From contig NEEC01000189.1 of the NCBI GenBank assembly GCA_002189035.1, positions 1 through 56,574 of the forward strand: a stretch of DNA of 56,574 nucleotides. Reading direction: 5' to 3'. A program made the position numbers and the translations under genes. Below, in pieces: positions 10,801-23,420 of this stretch. Numbering within the stretch: position 1 is the stretch's first letter; every line of letters starts with the position of its first letter. The notes below the pieces were generated by a model. It saw nothing but the letters and a program-made list of their open reading frames with translations. It had not been told where the DNA came from and did not search any database. The stretch is from Utricularia gibba (taxonomy: Eukaryota; Plantae; Magnoliophyta).

Positions 10801-13800
10801 ACGAAAATCGTGATGCATTTTTTGAAGTTAGGATGTCATGAGCACCCCAAATGGTTTTCTCACCACAGCTTTATATTTGAGGAGGCGCTCTCGAGGGGCA
10901 CTAGGATCGGGCCGGAGGTCAGGTCGGCTCGGGCCCATAGTCATTTGTAGCCCGGCAAAAAAGTGATCCATTTATTAACGTTGGGTTTTCGGCAGCTGCC
11001 TACATGGTTTCTGAAGGAAAAGCTTGTCGTTTTTGGGTGGGTGCTTTTGTTGGGAATTCATCCGGACCCAAGGTTCGGTTCGACTCCTGAGCCCAATGGG
11101 GTCCTATTCGACGAAAATCGTGATGCATTTTTTGAAGTTAGGATGTCATGAGCACCCCAAATGGTTTTCTTGTCCACAAGCTTTATATTTGAGGAGGCGC
11201 TCTCGAGGGGCACTAGGATCGGGCCGGAGGTCAGGTCGGGCTCGGCCCCATAGTCATTTGTAGCCCGGCAAAAAATGTGATCCATTTATTAACGTTGGGT
11301 TTTCGGCACCTGCCTACATGGTTTTGAAGGAAAAGCTTGTCGTTTTTGGGTGGGTGCTTTCGTTGGGTTCATCCGGACCCAAGGTTCTGTTCGACTCCTG
11401 AGCCCAATGGGGTCCTATTCGACGAAAATCGTGATGCATTTTTTGAAGTTAGGATGTCATGAGCACCCCAAATGGTTTTCTTGTCCACAAGCTTTATATT
11501 TGAGGAGGCGCTCTCGAGGGGCACCAGGATCGGGCCGGAGGTCAGGTCGGGCTCGGCCCATAGTCATTTGTAGCCCGGCAAAAAATGTGATCCATTTATT
11601 AACGTTGGGTTTTCGGCACCTGCCTACATGGTTTGTGAAGGAAAAGCTTGTCGTTTTTGGGTGGGTGCTTTCGTTGGGAAGTTCATCCGGACCCAAGGTT
11701 CGTTCGACTCCTGAGCCCAATGGGGTCCTATTCGACGAAAATCGTGATGCATTTTTTGAAGTTAGGATGTCATGAGCACCCCAAATGGTTTTCTTGTCCA
11801 CAAGCTTTATATTTGAGGAGGCGCTCTCGAGGGGCACCAGGATCGGGCCGGAGGTCAGGTCGGGCTCGGCCCCATAGTCATTTGTAGCCCGGCAAAAAAT
11901 GTGATCCATTTATTAACGTTGGGTTTTCGGCACCTGCCTACATGGTTCTGAAGGAAAAGCTTGTCGTTTTTGGGTGGGTGCTTTCGTTGGGAAGTTCATC
12001 CGGACCCAAGGTTCTGTTCGACTCCTGAGCCCAATGGGGTCCTATTCGACGAAAATCGTGATGCATTTTTTGAAGTTAGGATGTCATGAGCACCCCAAAT
12101 GGTTTTCTTGTCCACAAGCTTTATATTTGAGGAGGCGCTCTCGAGGGGCACCAGGATCGGGCCGGAGGTCAGGTCGGGCTCGGCCCCATAGTCATTTGTA
12201 GCCCGGCAAAAAAATGTGATCCATTTATTAACGTTGGGTTTTCGGCACCTGCCTACATGGTTTGTGAAGGAAAAGCTTGTCGTTTTTGGGTGGGTGCTTT
12301 GTTGGAAGTTCGTCCGGACCCAAGGTTCGGTTCGACTCCTGAGCCCAATCGGGTCCTATTCGACGAAAATCGTGATGCATTTTTTGAAGTTAGGATGTCA
12401 TGAGCACCCCAAATGGTTTTCTCACCACAAGCTTTATATTTGAGGAGGCGCTCTCGAGGGGCACCAGGATCGGGCCGGAGGAGGTCGGGCTCGGGCCCAT
12501 AGTCATTTGTAGCCCGGCAAAAAAAGTGATCCATTTATTAACGTTGGGTTTTCGGCACCTGCCTACATGGTTTCTGAAGGAAAAGCTTGTCGTTTTTGGG
12601 TGGGTGCTGTTGTTGGGAAATTCGTCCGGACCCAAGGTTCGGTTCGACTCCTGAGCCCAATGGGGTCCTATTCGACGAAAATCGTGATGCATTTTTTGAA
12701 GTTAGGATGTCATGAGCACCCCAAATGGTTTTCTTGTCCACAAGCTTTATATTTGAGGAGGCGCTCTCGAGGGGCACAGGATCGGGCCGGAGGTCGGGTC
12801 GCTCGGGCCCATAGTCATTTGTAGCCCGGCAAAAAAGTGATCCATTTATTAACGTTGGGTTTTCGGCAGCTGCCTACATTGTTTCTGAAGGAAAAGCTTG
12901 TCGTTTTTGGGTGGGTGCTTTCGTTGGGAAGTTCATCCGGACCCAAGGTTCTGTTCGACTCCTGAGCCCAATGGGGTCCTATTCGACGAAAATCGTGATG
13001 CATTTTTTGAAGTTAGGATGTCATGAGCACCCCAAATGGTTTTCTTGTCCACAAGCTTTATATTTGAGGAGGCGCTCTCGGGGCACCAGGATCGGGCCGG
13101 AGGTCAGGTCGGGCTCGGCCCATAGTCATTTGTAGCCCGGCAAAAAATGTGATCCATTTATTAACGTTGGGTTTTCGGCACCTGCCTACATGGTTTGTGA
13201 AGGAAAAGCTTGTCGTTTTTGGGTGGTGCTGTTGTTCGGAAATTGTCCGGACCCAAGGTTCGGTTCGACTCCTGAGCCCAATCGGGTCCTATTCGACGAA
13301 AATCGTGATGCATTTTTTGAAGTTAGGATCATGAGCACCCAAATGGTTTTCTCACCACAGCTTTTATTTGAGGAGGCGCTCTCGAGGGGCACTAGGATCG
13401 GGCCGGAGGTCAGTCGCTCGGGCCCATAGTCATTTGTAGCCCGGCAAAAAAGTGATCCATTTATTAACGTTGGGTTTTCGGCAGCTGCCTACATGGTTTC
13501 TGAAGGAAAAGCTTGTCGTTTTTGGGTGGGTGCTTTTGTTGGGAATTCATCCGGACCCAAGGTTCGGTTCGACTCCTGAGCCCAATGGGGTCCTATTCGA
13601 CGAAAATCGTGATGCATTTTTTGAAGTTAGGATGTCATGAGCACCCCAAATGGTTTTCTTGTCCACAAGCTTTATATTTGAGGAGGCGCTCTCGAGGGGC
13701 ACAGGATCGGGCCGGAGGTCAGGTCGGGCTCGGCCCCATAGTCATTTGTAGCCCGGCAAAAAATGTGATCCATTTATTAACGTTGGGTTTTCGGCACCTG

Positions 13801-16800
13801 CCTACATGGTTTGTGAAGGAAAAGCTTGTCGTTTTTGGGTGGGTGCTTTGTTGGGAAATTCGTCCGGACCCAAGGTTCTGTTCGACTCCTGAGCCCAATG
13901 GGTCCTATTCGACGAAAATCGTGATGCATTTTTTGAAGTTAGGATGTCATGAGCACCCCAAATGGTTTTCTTGTCCACAAGCTTTATATTTGAGGAGGCG
14001 CTCTCGGGGCACAGGATCGGGCCGGAGGTCAGGTCGGGCTCGGCCCATAGTCATTTGTAGCCCGGCAAAAATGTGATCCATTTATTAACGTTGGGTTTTC
14101 GGCACCTGCCTACATGGTTTCTGAAGGAAAAGCTTGTCGTTTTTGGGTGGGTGCTTTCGTTGGAATTCATCCGGACCCAAGGTTCTGTTCGACTCCTGAG
14201 CCCAATGGGGTCCTATTCGACGAAAATCGTGATGCATTTTTTGAAGTTAGGATGTCATGAGCACCCCAAATGGTTTTCTTGTCCACAAGCTTTATATTTG
14301 AGGAGGCGCTCTCGAGGGGCACCAGGATCGGGCCGGAGGTCAGGTCGGGCTCGGCCCATAGTCATTTGTAGCCCGGCAAAAAATGTGATCCATTTATTAA
14401 CGTTGGGTTTTCGGCACCTGCCTACATGGTTTCTGAAGGAAAAGCTTGTCGTTTTGGGTGGGTGCTTTCGTTGGGAAGTTCATCCGGACCCAAGGTTCTG
14501 TTCGACTCCTGAGCCCAATGGGGTCCTATTCGACGAAAATCGTGATGCATTTTTTGAAGTTAGGATGTCATGAGCACCCCAAATGGTTTTCTTGTCCACA
14601 AGCTTTATATTTGAGGGGCGCTCTCGAGGGGCACCAGGATCGGGCCGGAGGTCGGTCGGGCTCGGCCCCATAGTCATTTGTAGCCCGGCAAAAAAATGTG
14701 ATCCATTTATTAACGTTGGGTTTTCGGCACCTGCCTACATGGTTTGTGAAGGAAAAGCTTGTCGTTTTTGGGTGGGTGCTTTGTTGGAAATTCATCCGGA
14801 CCCAAGGTTCGGTTCGACTCCTGAGCCCAATCGGGTCCTATTCGACGAAAATCGTGATGCATTTTTGAAGTTAGGATGTCATGAGCACCCCAAATGGTTT
14901 TTCTCCACAGCTTTTATTTGAGGGCGCTCTCGAGGGGCACAGGATCGGGCCGGAGGTCATCGTCTCGGCCCATAGTCATTTGTAGCCCGGCAAAAAAGTG
15001 ATCCATTATTAACGTTGGGTTTTCGGCAGCTGCCTACATGGTTTCTGAAGGAAAAGCTTGTCGTTTTTGGGTGGGTGCTTTTGTTGGGAATTTCCGGACC
15101 CAAGGTTCGGTTCGACTCCTGAGCCCAATGGGGTCCTATTCGACGAAAATCGTGATGCATTTTTTGAAGTTAGGATGTCATGAGCACCCCAAATGGTTTT
15201 CTTGTCCACAAGCTTTATATTTGAGGAGGCGCTCTCGAGGGGCACTAGGATCGGGCCGGAGGTCAGGTCGGGCTCGGCCCCATAGTCATTTGTAGCCCGG
15301 CAAAAAATGTGATCCATTTATTAACGTTGGGTTTTCGGCACCTGCCTACATGGTTTGTGAAGGAAAAGCTTGTCGTTTTTGGGTGGGTGCTTTTGTTCGG
15401 AAATTCATCCGGACCCAAGGTTCTGTTCGACTCCTGAGCCCAATGGGGTCCTATTCGACGAAAATCGTGATGCATTTTTGAAGTTAGGATGTCATGAGCA
15501 CCCCAAATGGTTTTCTTGTCCACAAGCTTTATATTTGAGGAGGCGCTCTCGAGGGGCACAGGATCGGGCCGGAGGTCAGGTCGGGCTCGGCCCATAGTCA
15601 TTTGTAGCCCGGCAAAAAATGTGATCCATTTATTAACGTTGGGTTTTCGGCACCTGCCTACATGGTTTCTGAAGGAAAAGCTTGTCGTTTTTGGGTGGGT
15701 GCTTTCGTTGGGAATTCATCCGGACCCAAGGTTCTGTTCGACTCCTGAGCCCAATGGGGTCCTATTCGACGAAAATCGTGATGCATTTTTTGAAGTTAGG
15801 ATGTCATGAGCACCCCAAATGGTTTTCTTGTCCACAAGCTTTATATTTGAGGAGGCGCTCTCGAGGGGCACCAGGATCGGGCCGGAGGTCAGGTCGGGCT
15901 CGGCCCATAGTCATTTGTAGCCCGGCAAAAATGTGATCCATTTATTAACGTTGGGTTTTCGGCACCTGCCTACATGGTTTCTGAAGGAAAAGCTTGTCGT
16001 TTTTGGTGGGTGCTTTGTTGGGAAATTCGTCCGGACCCAAGGTTCGGTTCGACTCCTGAGCCCAATGGGTCCTATTCGACGAAAATCGTGATGCATTTTT
16101 TGAAGTTAGGATGTCATGAGCACCCCAAATGGTTTTCTTGTCCACAAGCTTTATATTTGAGGAGGCGCTCTCGAGGGGCACAGGATCGGGCCGGAGGTCA
16201 GGTCGGCTCGGCCCATAGTCATTTGTAGCCCGGCAAAAAAGTGATCCATTTATTAACGTTGGGTTTTCGGCTGCCTACATGGTTTCTGAAGGAAAAGCTT
16301 GTCGTTTTTGGGTGGGTGCTTTTGTTGGGAATTCATCCGGACCCAAGGTTCGGTTCGACTCCTGAGCCCAATGGGGTCCTATTCGACGAAAATCGTGATG
16401 CATTTTTTGAAGTTAGGATGTCATGAGCACCCCAAATGGTTTTCTTGTCCACAAGCTTTATATTTGAGGAGGCGCTCTCGAGGGGCACCAGGATCGGGCC
16501 GGAGGTCAGGTCGGGCTCGGCCCATAGTCATTTGTAGCCCGGCAAAAAATGTGATCCATTTATTAACGTTGGGTTTTCGGCACCTGCCTACATGGTTTGT
16601 GAAGGAAAAGCTTGTCGTTTTTGGGTGGGTGCTGTTGTTGGGAAATTCGTCCGGACCCAAGGTTCTGTTCGACTCCTGAGCCCAATGGGGTCCTATTCGA
16701 CGAAAATCGTGATGCATTTTTGAAGTTAGGATGTCATGAGCACCCCAAATGGTTTTCTTGTCCACAAGCTTTATATTTGAGGAGGCGCTCTCGAGGGGCA

Positions 16801-19800
16801 CCAGGATCGGGCCGGAGGTCAGGTCGGGCTCGGCCCATAGTCATTTGTAGCCCGGCAAAAAATGTGATCCATTTATTAACGTTGGGTTTTCGGCACCTGC
16901 CTACATGGTTTCTGAAGGAAAAGCTTGTCGTTTTTGGGTGGGTGCTTTCGTTGGGAAGTTCATCCGGACCCAAGGTTCTGTTCGACTCCTGAGCCCAATG
17001 GGGTCCTATTCGACGAAAATCGTGATGCATTTTTTGAAGTTAGGATGTCATGAGCACCCCAAATGGTTTTCTTGTCCACAAGCTTTATATTTGAGGAGGC
17101 GCTCTCGAGGGGCACCAGGATCGGGCCGGAGGTCAGGTCGGGCTCGGCCCCATAGTCATTTGTAGCCCGGCAAAAAATGTGATCCATTTATTAACGTTGG
17201 GTTTTCGGCACCTGCCTACATGGTTTGTGAAGGAAAAGCTTGTCGTTTTTGGGTGGGTGCTTTGTTGGGAATTCATCCGGACCCAAGGTTCTGTTCGACT
17301 CCTGAGCCCAATGGGGTCCTATTCGACGAAAATCGTGATGCATTTTTTGAAGTTAGGATGTCATGAGCACCCCAAATGGTTTTCTTGTCCACAAGCTTTA
17401 TATTTGAGGAGGCGCTCTCGAGGGGCACCAGGATCGGGCCGGAGGTCAGGTCGGGCTCGGCCCATAGTCATTTGTAGCCCGGCAAAAAATGTGATCCATT
17501 TATTAACGTTGGGTTTTCGGCACCTGCCTACATGGTTTGTGAAGGAAAAGCTTGTCGTTTTTGGGTGGGTGCTTTTGTTGGGAAATTCGTCCGGACCCAA
17601 GGTTCGGTTCGACTCCTGAGCCCAATGGGGTCCTATTCGACGAAAATCGTGATGCATTTTTTGAAGTTAGGATGTCATGAGCACCCAAATGGTTTTCTGT
17701 CCACAAGCTTTTTATTTGAGGAGGCGCTCTCGAGGGGCACAGGATCGGGCCGGAGGTCAGGTCGGCTCGGGCCCATAGTCATTTGTAGCCCGGCAAAAAA
17801 AGTGATCCATTTATTAACGTTGGGTTTTCGGCACCTGCCTACATGGTTTCTGAAGGAAAAGCTTGTCGTTTTTGGGTGCTTTGTTGGGAATTCATCCGGA
17901 CCCAAGGTTCGGTTCGACTCCTGAGCCCAATGGGGTCCTATTCGACGAAAATCGTGATGCATTTTTTGAAGTTAGGATGTCATGAGCACCCCAAATGGTT
18001 TTCTTGTCCACAAGCTTTATATTTGAGGAGGCGCTCTCGAGGGGCACAGGATCGGGCCGGAGGTCAGGTCGGGCTCGGCCCCATAGTCATTTGTAGCCCG
18101 GCAAAAAATGTGATCCATTTATTAACGTTGGGTTTTCGGCACCTGCCTACATGGTTTGTGAAGGAAAAGCTTGTCGTTTTTGGGTGGGTGCTTTGTTGGA
18201 AATTCGTCCGGACCCAAGGTTCTGTTCGACTCCTGAGCCCAATGGGGTCCTATTCGACGAAAATCGTGATGCATTTTTTGAAGTTAGGATGTCATGAGCA
18301 CCCCAAATGGTTTTCTTGTCCACAAGCTTTATATTTGAGGAGGCGCTCTCGAGGGGCACAGGATCGGGCCGGAGGTCAGGTCGGGCTCGGCCCATAGTCA
18401 TTTGTAGCCCGGCAAAAAATGTGATCCATTTATTAACGTTGGGTTTTCGGCACCTGCCTACATTGTTTCTGAAGGAAAAGCTTGTCGTTTTTGGGTGGGT
18501 GCTTTCGTTGGGAAGTTCATCCGGACCCAAGGTTCTGTTCGACTCCTGAGCCCAATGGGGTCCTATTCGACGAAAATCGTGATGCATTTTTTGAAGTTAG
18601 GATGTCATGAGCACCCCAAATGGTTTTTTGTCCACAAGCTTTATATTTGAGGAGGCGCTCTCGAGGGGCACCAGGATCGGGCCGGAGGTCAGGTCGGGCT
18701 CGGCCCCATAGTCATTTGTAGCCCGGCAAAAAATGTGATCCATTTATTAACGTTGGGTTTTCGGCACCTGCCTACATGGTTTGTGAAGGAAAAGCTTGTC
18801 GTTTTTTGGGTGGGTGCTTTTGTTCGGAAATTCGTCCGGACCCAAGGTTCGGTTCGACTCCTGAGCCCAATGGGGTCCTATTCGACGAAAATCGTGATGC
18901 ATTTTTTGAAGTTAGGATGTCATGAGCACCCCAAATGGTTTTGTCCAAGCTTTTATATTTGAGGAGGCGCTCTCGAGGGCACTAGGATCGGGCCGGAGGT
19001 CAGGTCGGCTCGGGCCCATAGTCATTTGTAGCCCGGCAAAAAAAAGTGATCCATTATTAACGTTGGGTTTTCGGCACCTGCCTACATGTTTCTGAAGGAA
19101 AAGCTTGTCGTTTTTGGGTGGGTGCTTTTGTTGGGAATTCATCCGGACCCAAGGTTCGGTTCGACTCCTGAGCCCAATGGGTCCTATTCGACGAAAATCG
19201 TGATGCATTTTTTGAAGTTAGGATGTCATGACCCCAAATGGTTTTCTTGTCCACAAGCTTTATATTTGAGGAGGCGCTCTCGAGGGGCACCAGGATCGGG
19301 CCGGAGGTCAGGTCGGGCTCGGCCCCATAGTCATTTGTAGCCCGGCAAAAAAATGTGATCCATTTATTAACGTTGGGTTTTCGGCACCTGCCTACATGGT
19401 TTGTGAAGGAAAAGCTTGTCGTTTTTGGGTGGGTGCTGTTGTTCGGAAATTCGTCCGGACCCAAGGTTCTGTTCGACTCCTGAGCCCAATGGGTCCTATT
19501 CGACGAAAATCGTGATGCATTTTTTGAAGTTAGGATGTCATGAGCACCCCAAATGGTTTTCTTGTCCACAAGCTTTATATTTGAGGAGGCGCTCTCGAGG
19601 GGCACCAGGATCGGGCCGGAGGTCAGTCGGGCTCGGCCCATAGTCATTTGTAGCCCGGCAAAAAATGTGATCCATTTATTAACGTTGGGTTTTCGGCACC
19701 TGCCTACATGGTTTCTGAAGGAAAAGCTTGTCGTTTTTGGGTGGGTGCTTTGTTGGGAAGTTCATCCGGACCCAAGGTTCTGTTCGACTCCTGAGCCCAA

Positions 19801-22119
19801 TGGGGTCCTATTCGACGAAAATCGTGATGCATTTTTTGAAGTTAGGATGTCATGAGCACCCCAAATGGTTTTCTTGTCCACAAGCTTTATATTTGAGGAG
19901 GCGCTCTCGAGGGGCACCAGGATCGGGCCGGAGGTCGGGTCGGGCTCGGCCCCATAGTCATTTGTAGCCCGGCAAAAAATGTGATCCATTTATTAACGTT
20001 GGGTTTTCGGCACCTGCCTACATTGTTTCTGAAGGAAAAGCTTGTCGTTTTTGGGTGGGTGCTTTCGTTGGGAAGTTCATCCGGACCCAAGGTTCTGTTC
20101 GACTCCTGAGCCCAATGGGGTCCTATTCGACGAAAATCGTGATGCATTTTTTGAAGTTAGGATGTCATGAGCACCCCAAATGGTTTTCTTGTCCACAAGC
20201 TTTATATTTGAGGAGGCGCTCTCGAGGGGCACAGGATCGGGCCGGAGGTCAGGTCGGGCTCGGCCCATAGTCATTTGTAGCCCGGCAAAAAATGTGATCC
20301 ATTTATTAACGTTGGGTTTTCGGCACCTGCCTACATGGTTTGTGAAGGAAAAGCTTGTCGTTTTTGGGTGGGTGCTTTGTTGGGAAATTCATCCGGACCC
20401 AAGGTTCGGTTCGACTCCTGAGCCCAATGGGGTCCTATTCGACGAAAATCGTGATGCATTTTTGAAGTTAGGATGTCATGAGCACCCCAAATGGTTTTCT
20501 GTCCACAAGCTTTATATTTGAGGAGGCGCTCTCGAGGGGCACCAGGATCGGGCCGGAGGTCAGGTCGGGCTCGGCCCATAGTCATTTGTAGCCCGGCAAA
20601 AAAATGTGATCCATTTATTAACGTTGGGTTTTCGGCACCTGCCTACATGGTTTCTGAAGGAAAAGCTTGTCGTTTTTGGGTGGTGTTGTTGGGAAATTCG
20701 TCCGGACCCAAGGTTCGGTTCGACTCCTGAGCCCAATGGGGTCCTATTCGACGAAAATCGTGATGCATTTTTTGAAGTTAGGATGTCATGAGCACCCCAA
20801 ATGGTTTTCTTGTCCACAAGCTTTATATTTGAGGAGGCGCTCTCGAGGGGCACAGGATCGGGCCGGAGGTCAGGTCGGGCTCGGCCCCATAGTCATTTGT
20901 AGCCCGGCAAAAAAATGTGATCCATTTATTAACGTTGGGTTTTCGGCACCTGCCTACATGTTTCTGAAGGAAAAGCTTGTCGTTTTTGGGTGGGTGCTTT
21001 CGTTGGGAAGTTCATCCGGACCCAAGGTTCTGTTCGACTCCTGAGCCCAATGGGGTCCTATTCGACGAAAATCGTGATGCATTTTTTGAAGTTAGGATGT
21101 CATGAGCACCCCAAATGGTTTTCTTGTCCACAAGCTTTTATTTGAGGAGGCGCTCTCGAGGGGCACCAGGATCGGGCCGGAGGTCAGGTCGGGCTCGGCC
21201 CCCATAGTCATTTGTAGCCCGGCAAAAAAATGTGATCCATTTATTAACGTTGGGTTTTCGGCACCTGCCTACATGGTTTGTGAAGGAAAAGCTTGTCGTT
21301 TTTGGGTGGGTGCTTTGTTCGGAAATTCGTCCGGACCCAAGGTTCGGTTCGACTCCTGAGCCCAATCGGGGTCCTATTCGACGAAAATCGTGATGCATTT
21401 TTTGAAGTTAGGATGTCATGAGCACCCCAAATGGTTTTCTCAACCACAGCTTTATATTTGAGGAGGCGCTCTCGAGGGGCACTAGGATCGGGCCGGAGGT
21501 CATCGGCTCGGGCCCATAGTCATTTGTAGCCCGGCAAAAAAAGTGATCCATTATTAACGTTGGGTTTTCGGCAGCTGCCTACATGGTTTCTGAAGGAAAA
21601 GCTTGTCGTTTTTGGGTGGGTGCTTTTGTTGGGAATTCATCCGGACCCAAGGTTCGGTTCGACTCCTGAGCCCAATGGGGTCCTATTCGACGAAAATCGT
21701 GATGCATTTTTTGAAGTTAGGATGTCATGAGCACCCCAAATGGTTTCTTGTCCACAAGCTTTATATTTGAGGAGGCGCTCTCGAGGGGCACTAGGATCGG
21801 GCCGGAGGTCAGGTCGGGCTCGGCCCCATAGTCATTTGTAGCCCGGCAAAAAATGTGATCCATTTATTAACGTTGGGTTTTCGGCACTGCCTACATGGTT
21901 TGTGAAGGAAAAGCTTGTCGTTTTTGGTGGGTGCTTGTTGGGAATTCATCCGGACCCAAGGTTCGTTCGACTCCTGAGCCCAATGGGGTCCTATTCGACG
22001 AAAATCGTGATGCATTTTTTGAAGTTAGGATGTCATGAGCACCCCAAATGGTTTTCTTGTCCACAAGCTTTATATTTGAGGAGGCGCTCTCGAGGGCACC
22101 AGGATCGGGCCGGAGGTCA

Positions 22120-23420
22120 GGTCGGGCTGTGTAAGTGATCCAATTAACGTTGGGTTTTCGGCACCTTGGTCTTGTCGTTTTTGGGTGGGTGCTTTGTTCG
22201 GAAATTCGTCCGGACCCAAGGTTCTGTTCGACTCCTGAGCCCAATGGGGTCCTATTCGACGAAAATCGTGATGCATTTTTTGAAGTTAGGATGTCATGAG
22301 CACCCCAAATGGTTTTCTTGTCCACAAGCTTTATATTTGAGGAGGCGCTCTCGAGGGGCACCAGGATCGGGCCGGAGGTCAGGTCGGGCTCGGGCCCCAT
22401 GAGTCACAATGTAGGTCCTATTCAACGAAAATGTGATCGATGCATTTTTTTAACGTTGGGATTTCATCGGCACACCCCAAATGCCTTTCACCTGGTTTCT
22501 TGAAGGAAAAGCTTGTCGTTTTTGAGGGATGGGTGGATCGGGGAAGGAGGTCATCCGGACCCACCAGGTTCATTTCCTAGCCCAATGGGGTCCTATTCGA
22601 CGAAAATCGTGATGCATTTTTTGAAGTTAGGATGTCATGAGCACCCCAAATGGTTTTCTTGTCCACAAGCTTTATATTTGAGGAGGCGCTCTCGAGGGGC
22701 ACCAGGATCGGGCCGGGCTCGGCAGGTCTGGTCGGGCTGCGGCTGAAGGAAAATTTGTGTCGTTTTTGGCAAAAAATGCTTTCGTTGGGAATTCATCCGG
22801 ATTCCCAAGTGGGTTTTCGGCACCTGCCTACATGGTTTGTGAAGGAAAAAGCTTCGACGAAAATCGTGATGCATTTTTTGAAGTTAGGATGTCATGAGCA
22901 CCCCAAATGGTTTTCTTGTCCACAAGCTTTATATTTGAGGAGGCGCTCTCGAGGGGCACCAGGATCGGGCCGGATCGGTCATCCCAAGGTTCGGTTCGAC
23001 CTCCTGAGCCAATTTGGGTAGCCCGGCGACGAAAATCGTGATGCATTTTTTGAAGTTAGGATGTCATGAGCACCCCAAATTAACGTTTTCTTCGGCACCT
23101 GCCAAGCTGGTTTTATTTGAAGGAGGCGCTCGAGGGGCACTCGTTTTTGATCGGGCTGTTGAGGTCAGGTCGGCTCGGCCCATAGTCATTTGTAGCCCGG
23201 CAAAAAATGTGATCCATTATTAACGTTGGGTTTTCGGCACTGCCTACATGGTTTCTGAAGGGTCCTATTCGACGAAAATCGTGATGCATTTTTTGAAGTT
23301 AGGATGTCATGAGCACCCCAAATGGTTTTCTTGTCCACAAGCTTTATATTTGAGGAGGCGCTCTCGAGGGGCACTAGGATCGGGCCGGAGGTCGGGTCTC
23401 GGCCCATAGTCATTTGTAGC
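22120..23420 (+). other. Scrambled or mosaic satellite segment (fragments of A and B interleaved, irregular unit lengths)
   Basis: The core gacgaaaatcgtgatgc recurs at 22258, 22599, 22856, 23028, 23271 and 23579 (spacings 341, 257, 172, 243, 308 instead of ~313). All sequence here is recognisably satellite-derived. Confidence 0.9.

Noticed and set aside
22120-23420. Transposon or foreign insertion at the disrupted region
   Set aside because: All fragments trace to subunit A or B. There are no terminal repeats, target-site duplication or novel sequence.
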